This document shows, one piece after another, positions 1 to 13,000 of a stretch of 64,000 bases of DNA. Position numbers and translations under genes: made by a program. Under the pieces are notes generated by a model. It was not told the DNA's origin. It ran no database searches and worked only from the letters and a program-made list of their open reading frames with translations. Source of the stretch: Eledone cirrhosa (taxonomy: Eukaryota); assembly GCA_964016885.1 (NCBI GenBank), contig OZ024743.1, positions 196,106,001 to 196,170,000 on the forward strand, given 5' to 3'. Numbering within the stretch: position 1 is the first letter of the stretch; each line of letters starts with the position of its first letter.

Positions 1-1276
1 TAGCCCCTCTCCTTGGGGTTACTTTTCAGGTAGCATTGCATAACAGTTCTATTCAATTCTTTCGTCCAGTTGGTTCTGGCCCCTTTCCTTCTTCTTCTTC
101 CTCCAACATCAGCAGTATTTCGTTGACAGTCAGGTTCCTGCTGCTGAGCCAGGGGGCACCTGTTGGGTGAGAGTCTGTCACATGACGTTCTAGTCTCCAT
201 TTCACCGTTATTCGAACTGTTTATGTTCGATATTTAAACACTCTTATCGAGGATTGGCGAATGTATGTTTACATAGCCATCTGTGGATCCGCCATCCCAC
301 TTGGCCCTTGTGTGGCATTATCACCACGCTGTATACGGACACACATAAACAAACAAACACACGGGCAGAAAGGGCCCCAAAAATGAATAAGCATAAGTTT
401 CATTGTAATGTAGTATTCGAATGTCTGACTTAGTTTTTGTTTTTTAAGTTTTACTTTTTCCCCCCTCTTCTCTGTCCGTCCGCCTGCCTCTCTCTTCATT
501 CTTATTTTCTTTACGTTTTGGGGGTTTCTTTTTTTGTTTTTGTTTTTCTCTGTTTTTCTCGTTTTTTACTGTTGTTGCTGTGCTGCTTTTGTTGTTTATT
601 TTTTCTTTTTTCTTTTGAGTCTATCTATATATTTTGATGCCTTCCTCTTTTTTAGCAGTAGGGATTCTATAATGTGGTGGCAGCAGCCAGCTAAAAGAAG
701 AAGTGGGAGACTGGCGGCGGTAGCGATACTGAGACAGTGGTGGTGGTGATGTCGATACCGAGGCAGTGGTGGCGGTGATGTGACCGTATTACTGTAGCGA
801 TGGTGCTGTAGCGGTGGCAGCAGTGAAGGAGTGAAGGGGTGGTGGCGGCGGTGATGGGATAATGGTTGTAATGATGGCCGTAGTGATCGGTGGTGGTTTA
901 GTGTACACAGGTGATAGGGTGGGTGGTGTATCTAGTTTCTGGTGTTGGTGAGTTTGGCTGTTCTATATAGTGTATACAGAGGAGGAGGGGGGGGGGGGGG
1001 GGGGGGGTTCTTCTTCCATTTATAGCCATTTTCTTTTTTGGATATACAGTGTACAATACAAAGTTGAATATTTGAATATTTGAGCCTTATAACAATATAT
1101 TTTGGGTCCGAATTTTTTGGGGCTCAAGCCGGGTGCTTTACGTAGCATTTGTACTAAGAGTTGTTATTTCACAAATGGTTTAAATATGTTAAAAATTCAA
1201 AACTTACGGGAGCGATTTCATGACCTCCGTCACCTCGTGCGTCTTCTTCCCTAATTCCTCGTGCGTCTTCTTCCCT
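1..1276 (-). mobile_element. 5' part of R4/Dong-like RLE non-LTR retrotransposon, family B (copy 1; continues off the window's left edge)
   Basis: 1-270 aligns with 18290-18560 (N-terminus of the family B ORF). 300-1276 aligns with indels to 18600-19975. Both end in TGCGTCTTCTTCCCT directly against a (TTA)n array. Confidence 0.8.
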
Positions 1277-1277
1277 A

Positions 1278-1370
<93 letters not shown>
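1278..1370. repeat. (TTA)n microsatellite, target of Dong-like elements
   Basis: Pure TTA array between the family B 5' end and the family A 3' end. Confidence 0.98.
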
Positions 1371-3928
1371 TGCATTTATCTTGCTTTATGTTTATACGAG
1401 TTATCACCAAGTCACAACCAGTGACCTCAAGAGACAACAAGGTCCGCCATGTTCAAGAAAGAACATACATATTCACACATGCATCCTTAGTGTTTAAACT
1501 TGTGATGTACTTATATTGACAGGATCTTCCTTAGTATATGGGCAGTTCCCATTAGTACTATCTTTTGTATTTCTCCTATACGCGGGTTTCCTGGGATTTG
1601 CGATAAGTAGTCGTTAGACCCCTTAGGTATCATTCCCAGAGCGCCTACAACCACTGGTATTGTTTTAGTTCTCAATTTCCACATTTTTCCAATTTCTATC
1701 TCCAGGTCCTTATACTTGCTCAATTTTTCAAATGTTTTTATAGATACATTCTTGTCTATTGGAACAGACATATCAATTAGCAGGCATACCCTCCTTTGAA
1801 AGTCCTTCAATATTATATCAGGTCTATTTGCATCTATTTTTCGGTCTGTTTGGATGCTAAAGTTCCACAAGATTGAGATGTGATCTTTTTCAAGTATGGG
1901 AGGTGGCTGATGCTCCCACCAATTCTTTTGATGGGGCAGGTCAAAATGCTTACACATTATCCAATGTATGTATTGTACAGCTCTGTCATGCCTGTTTAGG
2001 TATTCGGTTGGAGCTATAGGACTGCACATTGAAGTTATATGGTCAATGGTCTCTGGTTGTTTTTTGCATACACGGCATAATGGGCTGCACCCATTTTTTA
2101 TTATGTTGGCTTGGTAATTTTTTGTTGGCAGACACTGATCTTGTGCCGATATAATCAGTCCTTCAGTCTCCGATTTCAGTCCAGAGGATGCCAACCACTG
2201 ATGGGTTAAAGTTTTGTCAACATCAGGATTGTTAGCTCGCTCTGGGTTTTTCCATACAGAGGCTTTTCTTGGCATTTCTTAGCCAGTTTCTGTAGCAGTT
2301 CTTTCTTTGCAGTTACTTTTACCTGCTTTGCTTTTTCTGTGTTTTCCATTTCAGCAGTAAATGGGACTTCTGAAATTTGTAGTCCATTACTGTATCTTTG
2401 TGCATCTTTTGTAATGGAATATGATCTTTTGGTGCTTTGGTGTTTCAAAACGAGTTTGATCATCCAATCATGTGATTCCCTTAGATATGTGGATAATCCA
2501 ATTGTTGCAGTTTTCAACGCAATGTCTAACTGGATTAACCCACGTCCTCCTTCTTTCCTAGGGAGATATATTCTATCTATGTCTGCCTTAGGGTGATGCA
2601 TTCTGTGCATGGTTAAGAATTTTCGGATTTTTGTATCGAGCCTACGGATCTCTGTGCTTGACCAGTTGATGACATTGTAACTGTAGGTTACTACTGGTAT
2701 GGCAAGCGTGTTTATGGCATCGATCCTATTCCTTGCATTCAATTCCGTTCTTAAGATTGCTCTTACTCTGCGGTAACATTCCTTCCTTATCCTTTCCCTC
2801 ATTGTCGAGTGCTTGATTCCGTCTCCTTCACAAACACCTAGATATTTGTAAGTTTTTTCTTGATCAAGCTCTCTTATCACGTTCCACCGATCAAGATTAA
2901 TGTCTGAACTCTTCAGCAGCTTTCCTCTGGTGAACGTTGCTTTGGCGCATTTATCCAGTCCAAACTCCATTTTAATGTCATCACTGAACTGCTTCACAGT
3001 GGATAATAGCGCTTGCAATTGTTCATCATTTTTTGCAAATAGTTTCAGGTCATCCATGTAGAACAGGTGATTAATGGTTTTGTCATAGACTCTATATCCA
3101 TGTTTTGTTTCATTGAGCATTTTACTTAATGGTATAAGTGCGATGCAGAATAAAAGCGGTGATAAAGAGTCACCCTGAAAAATTCCACAATTAATGTTAA
3201 CTTCTCCAGCTTCCAGTGATTTTGTTTCACTAATCAAAAGGAGTGTCGTTCTCCATGTCCTCATACTGAATGACAAAAACCTCCTGACAACGGGGGATAT
3301 TTTGAAAATCTCTAAACATTTTTCAATCCAACTGTGTGGCAAACTATCGAATGCTTTTTTATAATCTATCCAAGCAATCGATAGATGTTTGTGTCTATTA
3401 TGACAATCTTCCAGTATCATTTTGTTAACCAGAAGCTGATCCTTACAGCCATATGAGCCTCGTTTACACCCTTTCTGCTCAATGGGAAATAGGTCATTTG
3501 TTATCAGGTGGTCATATGTGTATTCAGTTAGGACTGATGTTAAAATTTTATACATTGTGGTCAAGCAGGTTATCGGTCTGTAATTTTTGGGATTGTTTGT
3601 CTCATCATTCTTCGGTAGCAGGAATGTAATGCCGTTAACTAGCCATGATGGTATCTTTTCTGGCTCCTTAACTATTTCATTGTAAAGTTGGGCTAACAGC
3701 TCATGAGACTCTGTGAAGGCATTTATCCAAAAGTTTTGTATTTTGTCTTTTCCTGGGGATTTCCATTTGCTGGTTTTTCTTAGAGCCAAGCGCAGCTGTT
3801 CAACTGTTATATTTTCCCATGTTTGTTCTTCAAGGTGAGCTGTTTCTTTCATTTGTCTGTCTATCCATGGGGCATGTATGTTATGAACTTTTTCTTCGGC
3901 CCAGATCTTTTCCCAGAATTCTTGCACT
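1371..3928 (-). mobile_element. R4/Dong-like RLE retrotransposon family A, copy 1 (5'-truncated)
   Basis: Near-identical to 9944-12503 and 20001-22546; flanked by (TTA)n on both sides; about 140-bp 3' UTR. Confidence 0.93.
1511..3927 (-). pseudogene. RT + CCHC knuckle + restriction-like endonuclease ORF, frameshifted near 2250
   Basis: WKSPGKD, NYRPITCL, QKGC, WIDYKKAFDS, GIFQGDSLSP, LFYMDDLKL, YKYLG; CRVC..ETIDHITSMC; NRPDIIL..LIDMSVP..K..KY (PD-(D/E)xK). Confidence 0.92.
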
Positions 3929-3943
3929 TATTATTATTATTAC

Positions 3944-3998
<55 letters not shown>
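3929..3998. repeat. (TTA)n microsatellite
   Basis: Direct observation. Confidence 0.98.
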
Positions 3999-4184
3999 GG
4001 CGACCTACGTAGGAAATCGTATTATCGTGAGCTCCGCAAAGGTTTGTTATTTCCGTTTGTTTAAAAATTGCCATTTATGGAAAATTTTATTGTAAACTGT
4101 TTATAAGCACACATACATTGTTTTCCGAAAAGGACACCCAAAAAGATTGGGGCCTTGTGCCCAAAATTTTAACTTTTATTATTA
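3999..4184 (+). mobile_element. Divergent SINE-like segment abutting the Tx1 5' region
   Basis: Starts GGCGACC..GAAATCGT, loosely like the local SINE head. Ends GGCCTTGTGCCCAAAATTTT..TTATTATTAT, the tail seen in SINEs at 26735-26770 and 36725-36750. Confidence 0.45.
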
Positions 4185-4341
4185 TCCAAAAATTTCTTTG
4201 AAAAAAAATGGCTAATTCCCCTCTGCACGAAGCAGCTGAAAGCCTTCCTCACAAAATAACACCTCACACCGACACCACCATTGTAAATGTTACTACGTTT
4301 GCCAACACAAAAAAAATATAAGCAGTAGCAATATTTTTAAT

Positions 4342-6191
4342 TTGTCTCAGGCAGACATTCATTTCCCGCCATTACCAATGACTGCAGGTGTTAAACCCTC
4401 CACCACCACCACCACCGCGACAACCACCACCACCACCACCACCGCGACAACAGAAACAAAAGAAGAAAAAAATAAATTAACTCGTGACGTCGAAATGAAA
4501 TCAAGCAAAATGGACTCTTCCCCACCAAAGACGACTGACGTCACCACCACCACAACTGAAAATAAAATTAATATTAACGATAGCAACAACAACAACAATG
4601 ACATTATAAAACCGACCCTCAGTTTCGCCATCGTAGCAAAACAATTCGAAGCGTTCACAGTAACTCAAGAAGATTTAGAAAATGCCAAACAAATGGTAAA
4701 GAAAGATGGATACAGGGTCAGCCCCCCCCCCCACCTAATAAAAGGGAGCATCGGCGCCTGTTCACCGTGTCGTATAGAACAATAAATGTAAAATCGCGCC
4801 GAGTGGAACGGGCATCCGAGTCCCAAATCCAAAAAGCTTTGGGACATGTGTGGGCAAGAAAAACCCACATCAGACGTGGGCAAAAGTATGGAACCGTGGA
4901 TGTGTTCTTTGAAACACCAGAGGAGGCTAGAGAACACTCCATGGCCCCATTAAAAAGTAACGACCTCACACTCGTCCCAAGCTATTGTGGCCAGAGACTC
5001 GTAAAGATCAGGGTGACCCACGTTCCACCGGCCATCGAAATTCCCTGGCTAATAGCGGCTGTCCTCGCCGGCATCGAAGCCAACACGAAAATAATAGCAG
5101 TAGCAAAAGAAAAGCAGGAAAGCTGGTCCGGATCTGGGATGGAGCTCCTGATCCAAGCGGACCAAAAAAGCATTGAGGAGATCCCAGAGGTAATAGACCT
5201 CACTGACGGCAGCCACCTCACGGTAATTGTCGAGGGCAGAAGACCTAGGTGTGTCGTTTGTGGTGAAGGAACCCACCTAAGGGCTTTCTGCCCTCAGGCT
5301 AAAAGGTTGAGGCCACCTCTCCTACCCACCCCAGTGACACAACCATCAACACCACCAGTAGCAGAGATGGCAGCAACAACTGTAGCAGCAACAACAGAAG
5401 CAACTATAACAGCAACAACCCCAGCAACAGTAGCAAAACCAACACCACTACCACCACCAGCAAAACCAACACCACCACCACCCAACGCTTCAGAACTAGC
5501 ACCAGCGCCTACACCATCCACCACACCACAACCAAAACTAACGGCTGTGGAGGATTTTCCACTCCCCGGCCTATCACAACTGGAGACAGATTGTGACGAC
5601 GAGGAGTGGGAAACGATATCCGGGAAAAAAAAAAGAAACCAAAAAAGAAAAAATTATCTTCCTTCCCCCTCCAAAAACAAAATACAGAGGGAAACAAATA
5701 GACTAAGAAACAAAGAAGTTAGGACAGATATGCCAGCATCCACACTAGCATCACCAACCCCATCAACCCAAACACCAACACCATCACCATCATTATCCCC
5801 AGCACCACCATCACCTACACCACAAAAGTCACCAAAATGCGAAACAGAAACAAACCCACAACAAACGCAAACAAAACAAAACAACCAAAACGATACACAC
5901 TACACAGCATTAAATTTGAACAACAAGCAATTATTACACTACATCCAACACAACACCAGCATCACAGAAAAAGACTACACAACAACCCCAAAATTCACAC
6001 CACCTCCACACATACAAATCACTCGCATCACACAGAAAACGTACATGACACTAAAACAAAAATTCCCCAAAGACATCAGAGACTTCCGACAAGCACTCTC
6101 CAGGAGGATTTATAAGGACATCCTTCCTGAGGAGGCCACAAGCAGTGAAAAGGATGGAAAAGCCGTCCTTCCCCTACGAGAAGTAAGGTAA
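4342..6191 (+). pseudogene. Tx1-like ORF1 (gag-like nucleic-acid-binding protein), frameshift in C-run 4722-4732
   Basis: RRM-like GTVDVFF, zinc knuckle CVVCGEGTHLRAFC (CX2CX4HX4C), Pro/Thr-rich tail, WETISGKKKR motif. ORFs 4342-4785 and 4767-6191 join via PPPNKREHRRLFTVSYR. Confidence 0.82.
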
Positions 6192-6225
6192 GTGGTCTTT
6201 CCCATCTTTTCCACTCCTTTTCAAC

Positions 6226-9200
6226 ATGACCTCACTCAGAATAGGCAGCATAAATGCGCGTGGCTTGGGGTCGTCATGGAAGCAGGGCCACCTGCTCAAC
6301 GACCTCAGGTCACTAAACATAGATGTAGTGGCCATCAGCGAGACCAGAATCTCCGAAGCACAGGCTTTCGCACCGATCTTCGGCGGCTACGATGTGTACG
6401 CATCTCCCAGCCGTCCGGGATCGGGGGGAGGAGTTGCTGTGCTTTTTCGGAGAGGTTTGGATCTTGCCATACGGGCCATCTTCCTGGACCCAGAGGGTAA
6501 GTTGGTGGTGCTGGACGTGACCAGCGGAGACGGGCAAGCTTTCAGGCTAGTGGCCTTCTATGCCCCGACAGGAGCAGGGCGGCCTGATTTCTTCCGGCGT
6601 CTGGAGACCTTTCTTGGAACGTCCCGCTCTTTAGTGTTAGTGGGCGACTGGGACGGGATCTTAGATGCACGCTGGGATTGTGTGGGATTAGTGGATAGGG
6701 AAGGAGGGTGCAAGAGTCTCACCAACCTGCTCAGACGTTTTGAACTGTCTGACAGGTACCGAATGGATTTCCCGAATGTACCAATGTGGACTTGGACAAA
6801 TCGCATAGGGTCATCCAGATCATATCTAGATAGAGTATTTTGTAGTGAAATAGATAGGTCTAGCATAGGCTGTCCACAATTCAAGATAGTCAGCTACACG
6901 GACCACAAATTCGTGATCTGTGTGCTTGACTTAGATAGGCTTCATAGACGAGGACCCGGCTACTGGAAGTTAAACGCGTCCTTACCAGCGCGCAAGGCCT
7001 ACAGAGACCGGATTAGCGAACTAGTTAAGCGGGCGTTGACGGGGGCCATCGTCAACAACAAGTGGTGGTTTGCTCTGAAAAGAGCAATTAGAATAGAGTC
7101 TATTAGGTTTAGTAAGACTTTAGCAATAGAGAAAAATAGAGCAGAGGGAGAATTAGTTAGAAAATTAGATGAGGCGCTTAGCAAAGGCATCGCGACCGAC
7201 GTACTTGCGGCGAAATTGGCCCTTGACCAATTCTTCAATGCAAAGCACGAAGGCTGCGTTGTCAGAGCTAGGGTGCGTGCTCTCAGACACGAGGGGACGA
7301 AAGCCGTTCAATGGGCCCGAGTGGCGGAGGCGCGTCGTGGCAACAAAGCCACGATCCGGTCTTTGGTGGACCACGACGGGCGCATGCTACTCGATCCCGG
7401 GCAAATGCGTGAAGCTTTTCAGCGACACTTCGCTCAACTGTTCGGGGGCAGTGGCGGGCCGGATCGAGGGATGGACTTTAGTGTCTACCTCGACTGACTG
7501 CCGCGGCTTTCGACCACTGAGGCGGAGTGTTGCGAAAAGCCGATAACAACCGCTGAAGTACGGGATGCAATGACTAGTTGCACAAGGGGTAAATCGCCTG
7601 GTTTGGATGGTCTGCCCTATGAACTTTACGTACAAATGCCAAACTTGTTCGGAGGCCTCTTGGCGGACGTCTACTGCAACTGGCAACAGAACGGGAGAAT
7701 TCCCAGCTCTGTGAGCCGAGGAGCGGTGGCGCTGCTGAGAAAGGATCCGAACAAGGGGGATAACATAGATAATTTTAGGCCCATAACTCTGCTAAACACA
7801 GAGTTCAAGATTTTGGCCAAGGTGCTAGCAAAGAGGTTGGCGCTTGTCGTTGGTGGTCTGGTGGGAGAGGCACAGACATGCGCCATTCCCGACAGATCCA
7901 TCCACGACAACCTCCACCTCATGCGATACATCGTAGAGAGGGTAGCTAGGGAACCTGGCAAGGGTGGGTCTTTGATCAATTTAGATCAATCGAAAGCCTT
8001 CGATAGGGTCGACCATCGTTACCTAGCGGCAGTCCTGAGGGCGGCTGGCTTTGGGCCCGTCTTCAGAGGCTGGATCGCTGCCATGCACAGCAACATCTTC
8101 TCTGTAGTGAGAGTGAACGGTCACCTTTCGGAACCGTTCAACATCATGCGCTCGGTCCGCCAAGGATGTCCCCTCTCGTCCCTATTGTACGTATTGACTC
8201 TCGAGCCATTACTGCACAAACTGGAGACGTTGAGGGGGATCCCGCGCGAACTAGGATGCGGAAGATCCGTGTCAGCATATGCCGACGATGTCACCGTAGT
8301 GGTGTCGAACGCCAAACACATCGAGGCGATCGGCACTACACTAAGAGAATACGAAGCGGTGACAGGAGCAATGATCAACCAGGAAAAGTCAGTGGGCCTG
8401 CAGCTCGGCACCTGGAGAGGCAGGTCCATGCCGTCCAACAGCGTCGTCGGGCGCTGGACGGACGGACCGGTTAAATTGCTAGGGGTCTGGTTCGGTCCAG
8501 ACCTCCAGACGGACAAAAACTGGGACGAGGTGACGAGCAGGGTGGCTTCTCTCACCCAGAAATGGGCTGAGAGGAAGCTATCCCTGAAAGGTCGAGCAGA
8601 GGTGGCGAATGCGTACATCGCATCCGTCATCTACTACCGCCTGACCGTCGTACCTTGTCCTAAGCCCCGCCTGACTGCGCTGGAGCGTTTGCTCTTTCGC
8701 TTCTTGTGGAAGGGACGCGCTCCGATGGTCAGGCGGTCCATCTGCTGTCAACACCCGCTACGTGGAGGGCTGGGCATGCCGTGGCTGATGATGCGCAGAC
8801 ACGCGCTCAGGCTACGACATCTCCACCTCTTCCTCGGCGGTGATCAGGTGTGGTCGCCGTTTGCGAGACACGTTTTTCCCCAGCTCGTCTCCTTGACGGA
8901 GCTGCAGTCCTGGGTCAAGCGAAGACCGAGAGGGAGCGCTTGGAGACTGGAATGTCTTCAGGCGCTCACAGCCCTCGACCAATCGGGCAATGTGATCGGT
9001 GGAAACTGCACCTTGGCGTTCTATAGGTGATTAGTGGAGGGGAAGAGCGACGACGTACTTGGAGAAACTCTAGGCGTCGACGAAAATCAACTAGCCAAAC
9101 TCTTCGGAAGGACTTTCGGGCCGGGGCCTATGGACAACTTTCAGAAATCCCTGGCCTGGCAGTGCTACCGAGGAGCTTTGCCAGTTCGGGATAAACTCTA

Positions 9201-9645
9201 CAGGCATGGAGGTGCCGTCAGCCGGGCATGTCCGAGAGGCGCGCAGGGCGACGAAACCGTCCTGCACGCACTCGTCCAGTGTCCGAGCATTGCTGACTTG
9301 TGGGTTTATGTCGAACACCTGCTGTCACGTGTAGGACGGATCCAGCTATCAGCTGAGTCTATCGTGCGGATTGCCCCGCCCCCTTCCTTTAGCCTGGAAG
9401 GGCAGGCAGTTTTTATCTCTCTGGTGGCCATGGCGAAAGAGATAGTATGGTGGACACGTTTGAAAGGGCTGAAGACGAGCACTTACCTCTTCGGTGATGC
9501 CCTGATTAACTTTTTCAAATTTCATTTGAAAAGGAAAATCAGGGTAGAGAGGGAAGTGCTCTCTTCCCAGCATTTTGTTGAAAGATGGGTGAGAGAAGCA
9601 AGTATGGCCCGAATGAATGGGCCTTCTCTGAGTATGTGTCTGTAA
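6226..9645 (+). pseudogene. Tx1-like ORF2: APE endonuclease + reverse transcriptase + C-terminal Zn finger, two in-frame TGA stops
   Basis: SINARGL, ISETR, FYAP, VGDW, SYLDR, TDH (APE); KSPGLDGLP, FRPITLLN, DQSKAFDRVDH, VRQGCPLS, AYADD (RT); CPRG..ETVLHALVQC. ORFs starting 6226, 7570 and 9034 share one frame. Confidence 0.93.
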
Positions 9646-9887
9646 ATTAAAGGTGGAAAACTGGGAGAGGGCACTTGCCCTGGTGGTCAGGGCCACTGTG
9701 GTCTTTTAATGGGCTTTCTCCACAAATGTCCCTTGGAAGTCTCCCCCCTATTGGGGAATTTTTCTTTGTTATTTTATTTCAACCTCTGTTTTTTTACACG
9801 CAGAAATGCCCATTTGTACCGTCCTGTATTGTCCTGTACTGTCCTTAATGTCTACTTTATGTGAACCCTTGTGTTTAATAAAGAAAA

Positions 9888-9888
<1 letters not shown>

Positions 9889-9943
<55 letters not shown>
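9889..9943. repeat. (TTA)n microsatellite
   Basis: Lies between the Tx1 3' end and the family A 3' end (tail to tail). Confidence 0.98.
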
Positions 9944-9944
<1 letters not shown>

Positions 9945-10087
9945 AGTTGCATTTATCTTGCTTTATGTTCATACGAGTTATCACCAAGTCACAACCAGTG
10001 ACCTCAAGAGACAACAAGGTCCGCCATGTTCAAGAAAGAACATACATACTCACACATGCATCTTTAGTGTTTAGACTTGTGATGTAC

Positions 10088-13000
10088 TTATATTGACAGA
10101 ATCTTCCTTAGTATATGGGCAGTTCCCATTAGTACTATCTTTTGTATTTCTCCTATACGCGTGTTTCCTGGGATTTGCGATAAGTAATCATTAGACCCCT
10201 TAGGTATCATTCCCAGAGCGCCTACAACCACTGGTATTGTTTTAGTTCTCAATTTCCACATTTTTCCAATTTCTATCTCCAGGTCCTTATACTTGCTCAA
10301 TTTTTCAAATGTTTTTATAGATACATTCTTGTCTATTGGAACAGACATATTAATTAGCAGGCATACCCTCTTTTTAAAGTCCTTCAATATTATATCAGGT
10401 CTATTTGCATCTATTTTTCGGTCTGTTTGGATGCTAAAGTTCCACAGGATTGAGATGTGATCTTTTTCAAGTAAGGGAGGTGGTTGATGCTCCCACCAAT
10501 TATTTTGATGGGGCAGGTCAAAATGCTTACACATTATCCAATGTATGTATTGTGCAGCTCTGTCATGCCTGTTTAGGTATTCGGTTGGAGCTATAGGACT
10601 GCACATTAAAATTATATGGTCAATGGTCTCTGGTTGTTTTTTGCATACACGGCATAATGGGCTGCATCCATTTTTTATTATGTTGGCTTGGTAATTTTTT
10701 GTTGGCAGACACTGATCTTGTGCTGATATAATCAGTCCTTCAGTCTCCGATTTCAGTCCAGAGGATGCCAACCACTGATGGGTTAAAGTTTTGTCAACAT
10801 CAAGATTGTTAGCTCGCTCTGGGTATTTTCCATACAGAGGCTTTTCTTGCCATTTCTTAGCCAGTTTCTGTAGCAGTTCTTTCTTTGCAGTTACTTTTAC
10901 CTGCTTTGCTTTTTCTGTGTTTTCCATTTCAGCAGTAAATGGGACTTCTGAAATTTGTAGTCCATTACTGTATCTTTGTGAATCTTTTGTAATGGAATAT
11001 GATCTTTTGATGCTTTCGTGTTTCAAAACGAGTTTGATCATCCAATCATGTGATTCCCTTAGATATGTAGATAATCCAATTGTTGGAGTTTTCAACGCAA
11101 TGTCTAACTGGATTAACCCACGTCCTCCTTCTTTCCTAGGGAGATATATTCTATCTATATCTGCCTTAGGGTGATGCATTCTGTGCATGGTTAAGAATTT
11201 TCGAATTTTTGTATCGAGCCTACGGATCTCTGTGCTTGACCACTTAATGACATTGTAACTGTAGGTTACTACTGGTATGGCAAGCGTGTTTATGGCATCG
11301 ATCCTATTCCTTGCATTCAATTCCGTTCTTAAGATTGCTCTTACTCTGCGGTAACATTCCTTCCTTATCCTTTCCCTCATTGTCGAGTGCTTGATTCCGT
11401 CTCCTTCACAAACACCTAGATATTTGTAAGTTTTTTCTTGATCAAGCTCTCTTATCACGTTCCCCCGATCAAGATTAATGTCTGAACTCTTCAGCAGCTT
11501 TCTTCTGGTCAACGTTGCTTTGGCCCATTTATCTAGTCCAAACTCCATTTTAATGTCATCACTGAACTGCTCCACAGTGGATAATAGCCCTTGCAATTGT
11601 TCATCATTTTTTGCAAATAGTTTCAGGTCATCCATGTAGAACAGGTGATTAATGGTTTTGTCATAGACTCTATATCCATGTTTTGTTTCATTGAGCATTT
11701 TACTTAATGGTATGAGTGCGATGAAGAATAAAAGCGGTGATAAAGATTCACCCTGAAAAATTCCACAATTAATGTTAACTTCTTCAGCTTCCAGTGATTT
11801 TGTTTCACTATTCAAAAGGAGTGTCGTTTTCCATGTCTTCATACTGAATGACAAAAACCTCCTGACAACGGGAGATATTTTGAAAATCTCTAAACATTTT
11901 TCAATCCAACTCTGTGGCAAACTATCGAATGCTTTTTTATAATCTATCCAGGCAATCGATAGATTTTTGTGTCTATTATGACAATCTTCCAGTATCATTT
12001 TGTTAACCAGAAGCTGATCCTTACAGCCATGAGCCTCGTTTACACCCTTTCTGCTCAATGGGAAATAGGTCATTTGTTATCAGGTGGTCATATGTGTATT
12101 CAGTTAGGACTGATGTTAAAATGTTATACATTGTGGTCAAGCAAGCTATCGGTCTGTAATTTTTGGGATTGTTTGTCTCATCATTCTTCGGAAGCAGGAA
12201 TGTAATGCCGTTAACTACCCATGATGGTATCTTTTCTGGCTCCTTAACTATTTCATTGTAAAGTTGGGCTAACAGCTCATGAGACTCTGTGAAGGCATTT
12301 ATCCAAAAGTTTTGTATTTTGTCTTTTCCTGGGGATTTCCATTTGCTGGTTTTTCTTAGAGCCAAGCGCAACTTTTCAACTGTTATATTTTCCCATATTT
12401 GTTCCTCAAGGTGAGCTGTATCTTTCATTTGCCTGTCTATCCATGGGGCATGTATGTTATGAACTTTTTCTTCGGCCCAGATCTTTTACCAGAATTCTTG
12501 CACTTCCTCCTTGGGTGGTATTGATTTAGCAGTTATTGTTGACTTACCAATTTTTCTGTAGAAGTTTCTTTGGTTGTTTTTGAACATATTATTGTCCTTA
12601 TAGAATCTAGATCGTTTTTCAAAGCGCCTTATACGAGCAGCTTTGGCCGACACCTTTTGCTTGATTATTTCTATCAGCATGTCTATGTCACATGTTGATT
12701 TTATACTGTACTTTTTTTTCAATTTTCTAAGTTTAGTTTGTTTAACATGCTCACCTACTTTATAGTTTGTTAAAATTTCTATGTCAGATCGGAGAAGGTT
12801 TATTTGGCGATTGATGTTCTCTTGCCAAGTAGATTTCTTGTGGGAATTCCTTTGTTTTTTCATCTTCACTCCACATAAGTGAGTGGTGACTTTAGCCGAT
12901 GCATAATAGAGATGATTTAAATCAGTAATGTTTAGTTTGTTTGTGATAATAATGTTTTTGAGAATTATGTTAGTCTTGTGTATTATCTTTTGGTTCTGTT

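Larger units (their letters stand above)
4185..9888 (+). mobile_element. Tx1/L1-clade LINE, near full length (5' boundary uncertain)
   Basis: Two-ORF layout (gag-like ORF1, APE-RT ORF2), 3' UTR with AATAAA at 9877-9882, then immediately (TTA)n. Confidence 0.9.

Noticed and set aside
1220-1519. Recurrent short plus-strand ORF LHLSCFMFIRVITK (also at 9806 and 19941)
   Set aside because: Antisense reading of the family A 3' UTR plus the TTA array; recurs only because the element does.
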